A stretch of DNA of 63,889 nt from NCBI GenBank assembly GCA_038087875.1, contig CM076000.1, positions 1,984,112-2,048,000 on the forward strand, read 5' to 3'. The translations under genes and the position numbers were made by a program. Source of the stretch: Malacoraja senta (taxonomy: Eukaryota). The notes under the pieces are model-generated. The model was not told where the DNA came from. It searched no databases and saw only the letters and a list, made by a program, of their open reading frames with translations. Shown in pieces: positions 11,346-23,193 of the stretch (position 1 is its first letter; every line of letters begins with the position of its first letter).

Positions 11346-12789
11346 CATTTCCGTGCTGCACAGCTCTGACTCTATGTCTGTCCCATCAATGTCAAACTTG
11401 GCTTAACTTTTATAGGGGTGTTTAAATTCTCTTATTATTCATATTTTTGGAAACTGTTTCTTTACAATAAATATTTTATGACAAGTTACTTTAAAATTAA
11501 TGTTTCAGAAGAAGTTTCAAATGAATATTTTGAGTAAAGACCAGATTTGAAAATTTCCTTTGAACTGTAGCACTTAAAAAAAATGAATAAATCCTCATCT
11601 GTCCAGTGAGATGGTTTCATGGCTCCCTTTTTAATGTTATTGTAAAGAAGCCTCCCCTTATTAAAAGAAAATGGGCGCACGGCTTCATGTCAAATGTTTG
11701 CTTTATGTATAAAGTAAATTTTAATTTGAGTCTTTACATCTGTGGTCTATATAGTTTGTATGGCTGATCTTTTGATCCTACAACTAACTTTTTACAACGT
11801 TTATAATGAAAAAGTGGAGCCCGATTACCACCCTGGCACAGTGCTACTCGATCATATTGCCCTGAGAACAAATGCTTTGATTTATTTTATATAGATGAAT
11901 GCTGAGCTAATCAATTTTTTTTCTAGATTGAGATTTGTAAAACCTTAAAACATTCAATCGTCATGTTAAAGATCTGATGTATCAACACAACAGTGTCACA
12001 TTATTCATACCTCAAAGTACAGTCAACTCCATAAAAATAAGAATAAAGACCACAATTTATTAGAAATAATGGATATGGCACTACTTAAATGACTCAATGA
12101 TCAAATGGAAAAGGTTTTATCACATTGCTAGTATGACTTCAGACCTCAGACAAAATTATGTATACTCCCTCCTCAAAATCCATTATGCAAATACATTGAT
12201 GCATTTTATTTGAATTCATTTGGAAATGGAGTTTGTACATTCTACCTGTGATCACACGGGTTTTCGCTGGGTGGACCGAAGGGCCAGTTTCTGCAGCGTA
12301 TCTCTAATCTAAACTAAGATATTTCAGTATCATTATTATAAACTGCCAACTTCAATGTCCTTCAACCACTCTTGCGTTTAAAAAAAAAAGTGAATTTTAT
12401 GGATAGTTGCCTATTTAAAAAAATAGTGTGCCCCATTCTATCGTTAGTTTTTCCTTTCTTTCTGTAGAATATAGAAATTGGCACTGAGGTTTACACATGC
12501 TGCTGGACCAATTTTGTCCTCTAAAACTTTCAGCCTTTCCGCTGACCTACCAGACAATAGGGCAGTGGTGCTGACAGAAGAGGGACATCATGGGTTGCTC
12601 TTAACATTGACTTCAGAGGCAATGAAGCTTTCTGTCATTGTCAAATAGGGCAAAGCGTACTGATTATCCTTCAACATGAATCAGCAGTATAGTATATGAA
12701 CTGGACGTAGAAGAAATACTGATAGTAGCAAAGGCACTGAATGTATTCTGAATGAGAGGCAGCACAGTGGCACAGCTAGATCATCGAGG

Positions 12790-13325
12790 ATTTTGTCTCC
12801 AAATTTGAGGAAGGACATTTTTGCTATTGAGGGAGTGCAGCGTAGGTTCACGAGGTTAATTCCCGGGATGGCGGGACTGTCATATGTTGATAGAATGGAG
12901 TGACTGGGCTTCTATACCCTGGAATTTAGGATGAGAGGGGATCTTATTGAAACATATAAGATTTTTTAGGGATTGGACACGCTAGAGGCAGAAAGCATGT
13001 CCCGATGTTGGGGGAGTCCAGAACCAGAGGCCACAGTTTAAGAATTAAGGGTAGGCCATTTAGAACGGAGATGAGGAAAAACATTTTCACCCAGAGAGTT
13101 GTGAATCTGTAGAATTCTCTGCCTCAGAAGACAGTGGAGGCCAATTATCTGGATGCTTTCAAGAGAGAGTTAGATGGAGTTAAAGATAGCAGAGTCAAGG
13201 GATATGGGGAGAAGGTAGGAACGGGGTGCTGATTGTGGATGATCAGCCATGGTCACAGTGAATGGCGGTGCTGGCTCGAAGGGCTGAATGGCCTACTCCT
13301 GCACCTATTGTCTATTGTCTATTGA
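12790..13325 (+). mobile_element. CR1 3' fragment
   Basis: PNLRKDI.AIEGVQRRFTRLIPGM-type coding remnant and a (CTATTGT)n tail. Confidence 0.88.
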
Positions 13326-13797
13326 TTCCCAGCATCCAGGCCATGCCCTCTACCATGAGGCTGGAGGTACAGAAGCCTGAGGTTCCTCACCACCAGGTAC
13401 AGGAACAGCTTTACTTTAGTTTACTTTAGAGAGATACAGCATGGAAACAGGTTCTTCAACAGACCACATCTGTGCCGACCAGCGATCATCCCCGTGCACA
13501 CTAGCACTATGCTACACACTAGGGACATTTAACATTTTTTACTGAAGCCAATGGGGCAAGGAAAGAGCGTTTACATCGCGGCCCTGTTTCCACCAATCTT
13601 TCCACCACCTCGCACAAGAAGCGACAAGACAGACACCATTGTATGCAGATGCCGAGAAGTGTGTTCAGCTCTGGCTGAACAACTTCTAATCTTGTGCGTG
13701 GACTCGATAAAGCCCCTGTCCCACTTTCACGACCTAATTGGCGACCTCTGCCGAGTTTGCCCTTGACTCATACTCGAAGCATGGTTGCCACGAGGTC

Positions 13798-15449
13798 CAC
13801 AAAAATGCTGGAGAAACTCAGTGGGCGCAGCAGCATCTATGGAGCGAAGGAAACAGGCAATGTTTCGGGCCGAAACCCTTCTTCAGACTGATAGGGGGTG
13901 GGGAGAAGAAAGGAAAAAAGGCGGATGAGGAGCCCGAGGGCTGGGGGAGGGGAGGAGACAACCAGAGGGCTGATGAAGGGGAGGGGACAGCAAGGGCTAG
14001 CAGAATTGGGAGAATTCAATGTTCAAGCCCCCAGGAAGTAGACTGCCCAAGCGGAATATGAGGTGCATTTCCTCCAATTTCCGGTGTTGCTCGCTGTGGC
14101 CATGGAGGAGACCCAGGACAGAGAGGTCAGATACGGAATGGGAGGGGGAGTTGAAGTGCTGAGCCACCGGGAGGTCAGGTTGGTTATTGCGGACCGACCG
14201 GAGGTGTTCGGCGAAACGATCGCCGAGCCTCCGCTTGGTCTCACCGATGTAGATCAGCTGGCATCTAGAGCAGCGGATGCAATAGATGAGGTTGGAGGAG
14301 ATGCAGGTGAACCTCTGTCGCACCTGGAACGACTGCTTAGGTCCTTGAATGGAGTCGAGGGGGGAGGTGAAGGGACAAGTGTTGCATCTCTTGCGGTTAC
14401 AAGGGAAAGTACCCAGGGAAGGGGTGGAACGGGAGGGAAGGGAAGAATTGACAAGGGAGTTACGGAGGGAGCGGTCTTTGCGGAAGGCAGACATGGGGGG
14501 AGATGGGAAGATGTGGCGAGTGGTGGGATCACGTTGGAGGTGGCGAAACTGATGGAGGATCACTTGTTGTATGTGACGGCTGGTGGGGTGAAAGGTGAGG
14601 ACTAGGGGGACTCTGCCCTTGTTGTGAGTGGGGGGATGGGGAGAGAGAGCAGTGTTGCGGGGTATGGCAGAGACCCTGGTGCGAGCCTCATCTATGGTGG
14701 AGGAGGGGAACCCCCGTTCCCTGAAAAATGAGGACATTTCGGATGCCCTGGTGTGGAACGCCTCATCCTGGGAGCAGATGCGGCGTAGACGGAGGAATTG
14801 GGAGTGGGGGATGGTGTCCTTACAGGAAGCAGGGTGGGAAGAAGTCCAGATAGCCATGGGAGTCGGTAGGTTTGTAGTGGATGTCGGTAAGAAGTCTATC
14901 ACCTGCGATGGAGATCGTGAGGTCAAGGAATGGTAGGAGAGTGTCGGAAATGGTCCAGGTGTATTTGAGTGCCGGATGGAAGTTGGTGGTGAAGCGGATG
15001 AAGTCAGTCAGTTGTGTGTGGGTGCAGGATGTGGCACCAAAACAGTCATCGATGTAGCAGAGGTAGAGGTCGGGGATGGGGCCCTGGTACGCATTGAACA
15101 AGGATTGTTCTACGTACCCGACAAAGAGGCAGGCGTAGCTGGGGCCCATGCGTGTGCCCATAGCTACGCCTTGTATTTGGAGGAAATGGGAGGAGTCAAA
15201 TGAGAAGTTATTGAGGGTAAGGACCAGCTCCGCTAGGCGGAGGAGGGTGTCAGTGGCCGGGTATAGGTTGCTTCTACGGTCGAGGAAAAAACGGAGGGCT
15301 TCGAGACCATCCTGATGGGGGATGGAGGTGTACAATGACTGGACGTCCATGGTGAAGATGAGGGGGTGAGGGCCTAGAGAGTGGAATGCGCGGAGACGAC
15401 GGAGAGTGTCTGAGGTGTCTTGAACATAGGTACGGAGGGATTTAACTCT
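13798..15449 (-). mobile_element. 5'-truncated Penelope-like retroelement (RT plus GIY-YIG endonuclease) with one frameshift near 14850
   Basis: RT motifs TMDVQSLYTSI, QGVAMGTRMGPSYACLF and YIDD. GIY-YIG region NLIYCIRCSRCQLIYIGETKRRLGDRFAEH, stop at 13997. 14-bp TSD GTTGCCACGAGGTC at 13784-13797 and 15450-15463. Confidence 0.93.
13856..13890 (-). ncRNA. Hammerhead-like motif in the PLE 3' terminal repeat, same sense as the ORF
   Basis: CAGT-CTGAAGA-A-GGGT(TTCG)GCCC-GAAAC-ATT-GCCTG. Confidence 0.5.
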
Positions 15450-15871
15450 GTTGCCACGAGGTCGTAGGTCACTCTTCCTCATGCTCGTGAGTGGTCTCCG
15501 TGTACTCGTGGCCTCAAGTAGGTTGCGGCGTCTTTTCCAGCCTGATAATAAATGTCCACGAGTAAACAAAAGGTCGGCATTGAAAAAAATTATACTTTTT
15601 ACTCGTAGGTAGTTCGTAGGTAGGTCATAGTAGGCCGTGTTGGTAGTCGTAGGTAGTCATAGATAGTCGTAGGTAGTCATAGGTAGTCGTAGGTCGGTAT
15701 CTGGCCCGAGAAAAAAAAATGCAAACATGACATCATTTTATCATGTGATCATTTCCACTCGTAGCTAGTCGTAGTTGGTCTTAGGTGTGGAAGACTGAGG
15801 TCGAGGGGGGTCGTAGGAGGTCATAGACATAATCATAGGAGGTCGTAGACATAGTCGTAGGAGGTCGTAGG

Positions 15872-17866
15872 AGCATACAAATTAGCCAGAAAAAGCAACC
15901 TACCAGAGGACGGAGAAATTCAGAGTCCAGCAGAGGAGGACAAAGGGCTTAATTAGGAAAGGGAAAATAGATTATGAAAGAAAACTGGCAGGGAACATAA
16001 AAACTGACTGCAAAAGCTTTTATAGATATGTGAAGAGAAAAAGATTAGTTAAGACAAATGTAGGTCCCTTGCAGTCAGAAACAGGTGAATTGATCATGGG
16101 GAACAAGGACATGGCAGACCAATTGAATAACTACTTTGGTTCTGCCTTCACTAAGGAAGACATAAATAATCTGCCGGAAATAGCAGGGGACCGGGGGTCA
16201 AATGAGATGGAGGAACTGAGTGAAATCCAGGTTAGTCGGGACGTGGTGTTAGGTAAATTGAATGGATTAAAGGCCGATAAATCCCAAGGGCCAGATAGGC
16301 TGCATCCCAGAGTGCTTAAGGAAGTAGCCCCAGAAAAAGTGGATGCATTAGTGATAATTTTTCATAACTCTTTAGATTCTGAAGTAGTTCCTGAGGATTG
16401 GAGGGTAGCTAATGTAACCCCACTTTTTAAAAAGGGAGGGAGAGAGAAAACGGGCAATTACAGACCAGTTTGTCTAACATCGGTAGTGGGGGAAATGCTA
16501 GAGTCAGTTATTAAAGATGGGATAGCAGCACATTTGGAAAGTGGTGAAATATTGGACAAAGTCAGCATGGTTTTATAAAAGGTAAATCATGTCTGATGAA
16601 TCTTATAGAATTTTTGGAGGATGTAACTAGTAGAGTGGATAAGGGAGAACCAGTGGATGTGTTATATCTGGACTTTCAGAAGGCTTTCAACAAGGTCCCA
16701 CATAAGAGATTAGTATGCAAACTTAAAGCACATGGTATTGGGGGTTCAGTATTGATGTGGATAGAGAACTGGCTGGCAGACAGGAAGCAAAGAGTAGGAG
16801 TAAACGGGTCCTTTTCAGAATGGCAGGCAGTGTCTAGTGGGGTACCGCAAGGCTCAGTGCTGGGACCCCAGCTATTTATAATATATATTAATGATTTGGA
16901 CGAGGGAATTGAATGCAACATATCCAAGTTTGCGGATGACACGAAGTTGGTGGGCAGTGTTAGATGTGAGGAGAATGCTAGGAGGCTGCAAGGTGACTTG
17001 CATAGGTTGGGTGAGTGGGCAAATGCATGGCAGATGCAGTATAATGTGGATAAATGTGAGGTTATCCACTTTGGTGGCAAGAACAGGAAAGTAGACTATT
17101 ATCTGAATGGTGGCCGATTAGGAAAAGGGGAGATGCAACGAGACCTGGGTGTCATGGTACACCAGTCATTGAAAGTAGGCATGCAGGTGCAGCAGGCAGT
17201 GAAGAAACGAATGGTATGTTGGCATTCATAGGAAAAGGGTTTGAGTATAGGAGCAGGGAGGTTCTACTGCAGTTGTACAGTGCCTTGGTGAGACCACACC
17301 TGGAGTATTGCGTACAGTTTTGGTCTCCTAATCTGAGGAAAGATATTCTTGCCATAGAGGGAGTACAGAGAAGGTTCACCAGACTGATTCCTGGGATGGC
17401 AGGACTTTCATATGAAGAAAGACTGGATAGACTCGGCTTGAATTTAGAACTACTCGCTAGAATTTAGAAGATTGAGGGGGGATCTTATAGAAACGTACAA
17501 AATTCTTAAGGGGTTGGACAGGCTAGATGCAGGAAGATTGTTGCCGATGTTGGGGAAGTCCAGAACAAGGGGTCACAGTTTAAGGATAAGGGGGAAGTCT
17601 TTTAGGACCGAGATGAGAAAAAAATTTTCACACAGAGAGTGGTGAATCTGTGGAATTCTCTGCCGCAGAAAGTAGTTCAGGCCAGTTCATTGGCTATATT
17701 TAAGAGGGAGTTAGATGTGGCCCTTGAGGCTAAAGGGATCAGGGGGTATGGAGAGAAGGCAGGTACAGGATACTGAGTTGGATGATCAGCCATGATCATA
17801 TTGAATGGCTCGAAGGGCCGAATGGCCTACTCCTGCACCTATTTTCTATGTTTTTATGTTTCTATG
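15872..17866 (+). mobile_element. 5'-truncated CR1 LINE with a frameshifted RT
   Basis: GNYRPVCLTSVV, YLDFQKAFNKVPH, SGVPQGSVLGPQLF, KFADDTKL and LVRPHLEYCVQFWSP motifs, with a (TTTCTATG)n tail. Confidence 0.95.
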
Positions 17867-20010
17867 AGATCTTTTACTTCGGCAGGTCAACACGACCTTG
17901 ACATTTTTTTCAACTGGTCTAGGGTCTTCTAAACTCGTGGATTAGGTCGTCCAAGTGGGACAGCCCCTTAAGAAGAAGACCAAAGCCAATTAACTTATGT
18001 TTTTGGCATGTGGGAGAAAACCAGAGCAACTGGACAAAACCCACTCAGTGACAGGGAGAACGTAAAATCTCCATACAGACAGCACCTGTAGTCGGGATCA
18101 AACCTGGGTTTTACCGCTGCACCACTGTGCCACCCTTTCCCACAACTATCAGGTCCTGATCCAACCCACACAACTCTAATCCTCCCTCAGCAAATGAACA
18201 CTTTGGACCACCTCTTGCACTACCATGGACTTGTTTTTCTAATTCTGTTTTTGCAGACTTTTCTTTTCACACGTGTAGAACATAAAGATAAATTGTATAT
18301 GATTTTGCGTGTTGTGTGTTGTGTGAGTCTATGTGCCTGAGATGCTGCTGTTAGCAAGATATTTATTACACCTTGTGCATTTGAAAATAAACTCAAAATG
18401 ACTAGAATCATTCAGTAGTCTGATAACAGTAGGGAACAGTAGGAAAGAATCTTTTCCTGAATCTGGTGGTACAAGCTTTCAAGCTTTTGTATCATATGCC
18501 CAACAGGAGAAGAGGGAATGATCAGGGTGTAAATAGTCTTTGATTATGTGGCTACTTTCCTGGGCAGCTTAAATGGTTGGCTTTTGGTTATCAACTAAAG
18601 ACTAAAGTTTCAGGAGAAAAACAATCAACAAGACGTACATTTTGCATAATCACATATCAAGCTATGAGAAGTTTAAAGATGCCATTTTATTGCCACCAAT
18701 TTGCCTATAATTTGCATTTTTATTTGAAAAACAAAAACTGAAGATAAATTTGAGCAATTTTCATGCAATCAACTAACAATGTGGAATTGAGAAGCAATTT
18801 TCAAAAAAGATAGGAGCAGAGAAAAGGATCATAATCATTTAATTTAAGAAACTAACAATTCTATATGATCAAAATCATCTCATTATTAATATTTATAGTC
18901 AGAAATGCATGAAATAAACAATTTCTATAGTGAGACCTCCATTTCCCATGGAAATTATGAATTACTGATTTTTCAGGGAAGGGATGGATAAAATAATAAA
19001 ATATTAAAGTGGATAATAGAATAACACTCCATTTTCATTTTAAAAAGAAGAGATAAATTACTATTTCAAATATCTAGAAAAGTTAAAGTGTTTCATTTTC
19101 AGATACTAACAGACTATCTGTAGTATCCAATAATTTTCACATTTTATCTCATATTTTGAGTACTGCAGGTTTAATTTACAGAAAAAAATATTATTGCTCG
19201 GAAGCAGTTCAGCTAAATTACTTAATTTTAATTCCCCTCATTCATATTTCTCTTTAATTATATTTTGTGTTTGACAAAACAGTAAAATTTGTTGGGATAA
19301 TTCATATAAAACCTAAAGTCTATAAAACTATGAAAAGGCAGTTAATTTGGAATCTAGCTGTGAAAGATCAATCTTAAGAGCTAGCTTTATCCATCCAGAA
19401 GACATAGATAGGAGCCAGCTGCTACAGGGAGAAGCCACAGTTTTTTGCAGAACTTTTTGCCACTTCTGCCTTCTATCACCCAATTCATTTATCTTCCCCG
19501 TAGAATTCAGTACATAATAGATATCTTAAATCATAACTGCGTATTATGGCCTACCTTTCTGTTGCACAAGAGTCAGTAGTAAAAAGATAAATATGTGTAA
19601 CTACTTTTCATTCTTGTAATATCTTGGCAAATGAATGACATGAGACGCATAGATATAGATAGTCAGAAGGGCGCAGCTTTAAGGTGGGAGGGACAAAGTT
19701 TAAATGTTATGTGTGGGGCAAGATTTTACATAGAGGTGCTATTTTTGTGGCCACAAGCATCATTCATTTTTTTACAGATATTCAATGTGATTTTTTTAAA
19801 TATTGCTAGTCAATAGCGATTTGTCTCTGACCATTGGGAATCTGGATGGGCTAAATTGAAGATCACTAATGTCTCTCTTCAACAACTGCTTTTGCAGTGA
19901 CCAGATCATTGTAAATAGAGCAGAGCCAGAGTACCAGCAGCCTTCACACATTGCAGGTACAGAATATAAACATGACTTTAATATGTTTAATGCTGAAGGA
20001 ACAGAACCAA

Positions 20011-20042
20011 GGATTAAGAACAAAATCTTTTGTTCTTAATCC
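20011..20042. repeat. Perfect 15-bp inverted repeat with a 2-nt spacer
   Basis: GGATTAAGAACAAAA-TC-TTTTGTTCTTAATCC. Confidence 0.9.
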
Positions 20043-20201
20043 CTGTCTGTCTTTGTTTAGGGAACAGTTAGTGTGTCATTTCCATCAATAGAATGTGCAC
20101 AAATTGTGCAATAAACCTTTGTTATGAATCTAAGGCTCAACAACTGTTAAAAGATTGAACATATAACCTTAATGTATGTCAATGCATCAACTTAATAGTG
20201 C

Positions 20202-21201
20202 TGGGAAGCACTATTTTTTTAACATTGACCTAAGATTTTGAATCTAAGGCTCATTAATAGCCAAGGGATTGATAAAAGGAGAGTCTCCAACATCACAGAC
20301 TACCTGTACTTTATATTTATGTATTGGTGTGTATTTCCTGCAATTTTTATTTCGAAGTATGCACATTGACAGATTTGAGGGTGCACCTGCTGTGACATTA
20401 TTTGCTTCATATATATTATTTGTATTTATTATCATGATACCTTGGCAATTAAATGGTTTATGAGAACATAGATAGGGTAAACAGTCCGAACCTTTTCCCC
20501 AGACTGGAAACGTTAAAGAACAGCGGGCATAGCTTTAAGGTGAGTGGGGCAAAGTTTAGAGGAGATGTGTGGGGTAATGTTTTTACACAGAGAGTGGTGA
20601 GTGTTTGGAACGTGTGCCAGGGGTATTGGTGGAGGCAGATATGATAGTGACATGTGTGGGGCTATAGATAGGTACATGAATATCCAGGGAATGGAGATTT
20701 AATGGATTTGTGCAGGCAGATGAGATTAGTTTATCTTGGCATCATATTCGACATGGACATTGTGGGCCGAAGAACGTGTTCCTGTGCTGTACTTTTTTAA
20801 TGTTCTTGGCAGATGGAAACCCCCAGGTAAAAGGGGGGGGGGGGAGAGGGAAAGGAGGCAAAAGGATGATTATTATCTTCTACTCTGAACATATCCTTAG
20901 TATGCAGGAGGTTAAAATATCACAGATTAGTTATGTTTAGGAAGACAACTATGCATAAATCCAACAGTCTGAATTGAAGCATATGCCTTCTCTATTCAGG
21001 GAACTGACAATGTGGCATTTTCATAAATGGGAAACACTATTTTTTGAACAGTAAATGTTCTGAATCTAAGGCTCATTAATAGCCAAGGGATTGATAACAG
21101 CAGGACCACCATCAGCAAAGACTACCTATACTTTATAATTATATATTGGAGCATTACTGCATTTACTGCATTTTAAATTTCAAAGTTTGCACATTGACAG
21201 A
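20202..21201 (+). repeat. Diverged ~170-bp direct duplication (20202-20373 and 21028-21201), with a CR1 fragment (~20455-20800) between the copies
   Basis: Identical 37-nt core TGAATCTAAGGCTCATTAATAGCCAAGGGATTGATAA at 20239-20275 and 21061-21097. Confidence 0.85.
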
Positions 21202-21534
21202 ACTTATAACCAATTTGTTTTTTTTATTAGAACCAATAAATGTAATGGCTGCAATCATCAAACGCCCAATAAACTGAATTCTAATTCTACATTTATTACA
21301 AATAATCACATTTACTATAACAATAACCTGATTCTGTGTTGTGTTAAGGTTTTTGTTTTAAACATAACTTTTTGTCAATTACTCTCTCAACATGTCCTAC
21401 CTGCAACAACAAGGTTTGAAATCAAATTTCTATTGGCTCTACAACTTTTTTTGCCACAACGACATGGATCTTATATACGTACACATAATTCGATAAAGAT
21501 ATATGGCATTGCCTTGTGTAGATATTGTGAGATA

Positions 21535-23193
21535 CAGTGCCCTCCATAATGTTTGAGACAAAGACCCATCATTTATTTATTTGCCTCTGTACTCCACAAT
21601 TTGAGATTTGTAATAGAAAAAAATCACCTGTGGTTAAAGTGCACATTGTTAGATTTAAATAAAGGCCATTTTTATACATTTTGGTTTCACCATGTGGAAA
21701 TTACAGCAGTGTTTATACATAGTCCCCCCATTTCAGGGCACCATAATGTTTGGGAGACATGGCTTCACAGGTGTTTGAAATAGCTCAGGTGTGTAATAAT
21801 TGCCTCCTTAATGCAGGTATGAGAACTCTCAGCACCTAGACTTTTCTGCAGTCTTTCCATCACCTTTGGAAATGTTTATTGCTGTTTATCAACATGAGGA
21901 CCAAAGTTGTGCCAATGAAAGTCAAAGAAGCCACTATGAGACTGAGAAACAAGAATAAACCTGTTAGAGACATCAGCCAAACCTTAGTCTTAAGAATAAA
22001 CCTGTTAGAGACATCAGCCAAACCTTAGGTCAACTGTTTGGAACATCATTAAGAAGAAAGAGAGCTTACTAATCGCAAAGGGACTGGCAGGCCAAGGAAG
22101 ACCTCCACAGCTGATGACAGAATAAATCTCTCTATAATGAAGAAAAATTCCCAAACACCTGTCCGGCAGATCAGAAACACTCTTCATGAGTCAGGTGTGG
22201 ATTTTTCAATGTCCACTGTCTGCAGAAGACTTCATGAACAGAAATACAGAGGCTACACTGCAAGATGCAAACCACTGGTTAGCCGCAAAAATAGGATGGC
22301 CGGGTTACAGCTTGCCAAGAAGTACTTAAAGGAGCAACCTGGAAAAAGGTTTTGTGGACAGATGAGATGAAGATTAACTTATTTCAGAGTGATGGCAAGA
22401 GTAAAGTATGGAGGAAAGAAGGAACTGCCCAAAATCCAAAGCATACCACCTCATCTGTGAAACACGGTGGTGGGGGTGTTATGGCCTGGGCATGTATGGC
22501 TGCTGAAGGTACTGGCTCACTTATCTTCATTGATGATACAACTGCTTATGGTAGTAGTATAATGAATTCTGAAGTGTATAGACACACCCTATCTGTTCAA
22601 GTTCAAACAAATGCCTCAATACTCATTGGCCGGCAGTTCATTCTACAGCAAGACAATGATCCCAAACATAATGCTAAAGCAACGAAGGAGATTTTCAAAG
22701 CTAAAAAATGATCAATTCTTGAGAGGCCGTCTATCACCCGATCTGAACCCAATTGAGCATGCCTTTTCTATGCTGAAGAGAAAACTGAAGAGGACTAGCC
22801 CTCAAAACAAGCATATGCTAAAGATGGCTGCAATACAGGCCTGGCAGAGCATCACCAGAGAAGAACCCAGCAATGGTGGTCCATGAATCGCAGACTTCAA
22901 GCAGTCATTGCATGCAAAGGATATGCAACAAAATACTAAACATGACTACTTTCATTTACATGACATTGCGGCATCCCAAACATTATGGTGCCCTGAAATG
23001 GGAGGACTATGTATAAACACTGCTGTAATTTCTACATGATGAATCCAAAATTTATAAAAATGGCCTTTATTAAAATCTGACAATGTGCATTTTAACCATA
23101 TGTGATGTTTTCTATTACAAATCTCAAATTGTGGAGTACAGAGGCAAATAAATAAATGATGGGTCTTTGTCCCAAACATTATGGAGGGCACTT
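21535..23193 (+). mobile_element. Full-length decayed Tc1 transposon (IR-DR type)
   Basis: TA flanks and ~220-bp TIRs starting CAGTGCCCTCCATAATGTTTG. The direct repeat CCATAATGTTTG occurs at both ends of each TIR. The terminal G of the right TIR is mutated to T. Confidence 0.95.
21894..22939 (+). pseudogene. Tc1 transposase pseudogene (DD34E once a small deletion is restored)
   Basis: MRTKVVPMKVKE..., GRPRKT, WTDE, VKHGGGGVMAWACM, QQDNDPKH, SPDLNPIEH and KGYATKY* motifs. It has stops, frameshifts and a 37-nt duplication (21951-21987 and 21992-22028). Confidence 0.92.

Larger units (their letters stand above)
13711..17968. mobile_element. PIF/Harbinger-type MITE (~600 bp net) hosting PLE and CR1 insertions
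   Basis: Imperfect TIRs AGCCCCTGTCCCACTTTCACGACCTAAT and (reverse complement) AGGGGCTGTCCCACTTGGACGACCTAAT. TAA TSD at 13708-13710 and 17969-17971. Internal GTCGTAG repeats. Confidence 0.75.
13553..17982 (+). mobile_element. Short (~170-bp) LINE 3' end, tentatively RTE-like, with an 8-bp TSD; its tail is split by the MITE
   Basis: 13553-13710 joined to 17972-17982 ends ...GACTCGATAAGAAGAAGA. It carries a Cys-rich remnant CRCREVC and is flanked by the AAGCCAAT TSD. Confidence 0.5.
13410..18135 (-). mobile_element. HE1-like SINE split in two (13410-13552 and 17983-18135) by nested insertions
   Basis: The halves rejoin at AAGCCAAT, which is duplicated at 13545-13552 and 17983-17990. Confidence 0.8.

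Noticed and set aside
13997..17467. Domesticated RT or endonuclease host genes
   Set aside because: They are 5'-truncated and frameshifted, bounded by a TSD or tail, and have many related fragments in the window.
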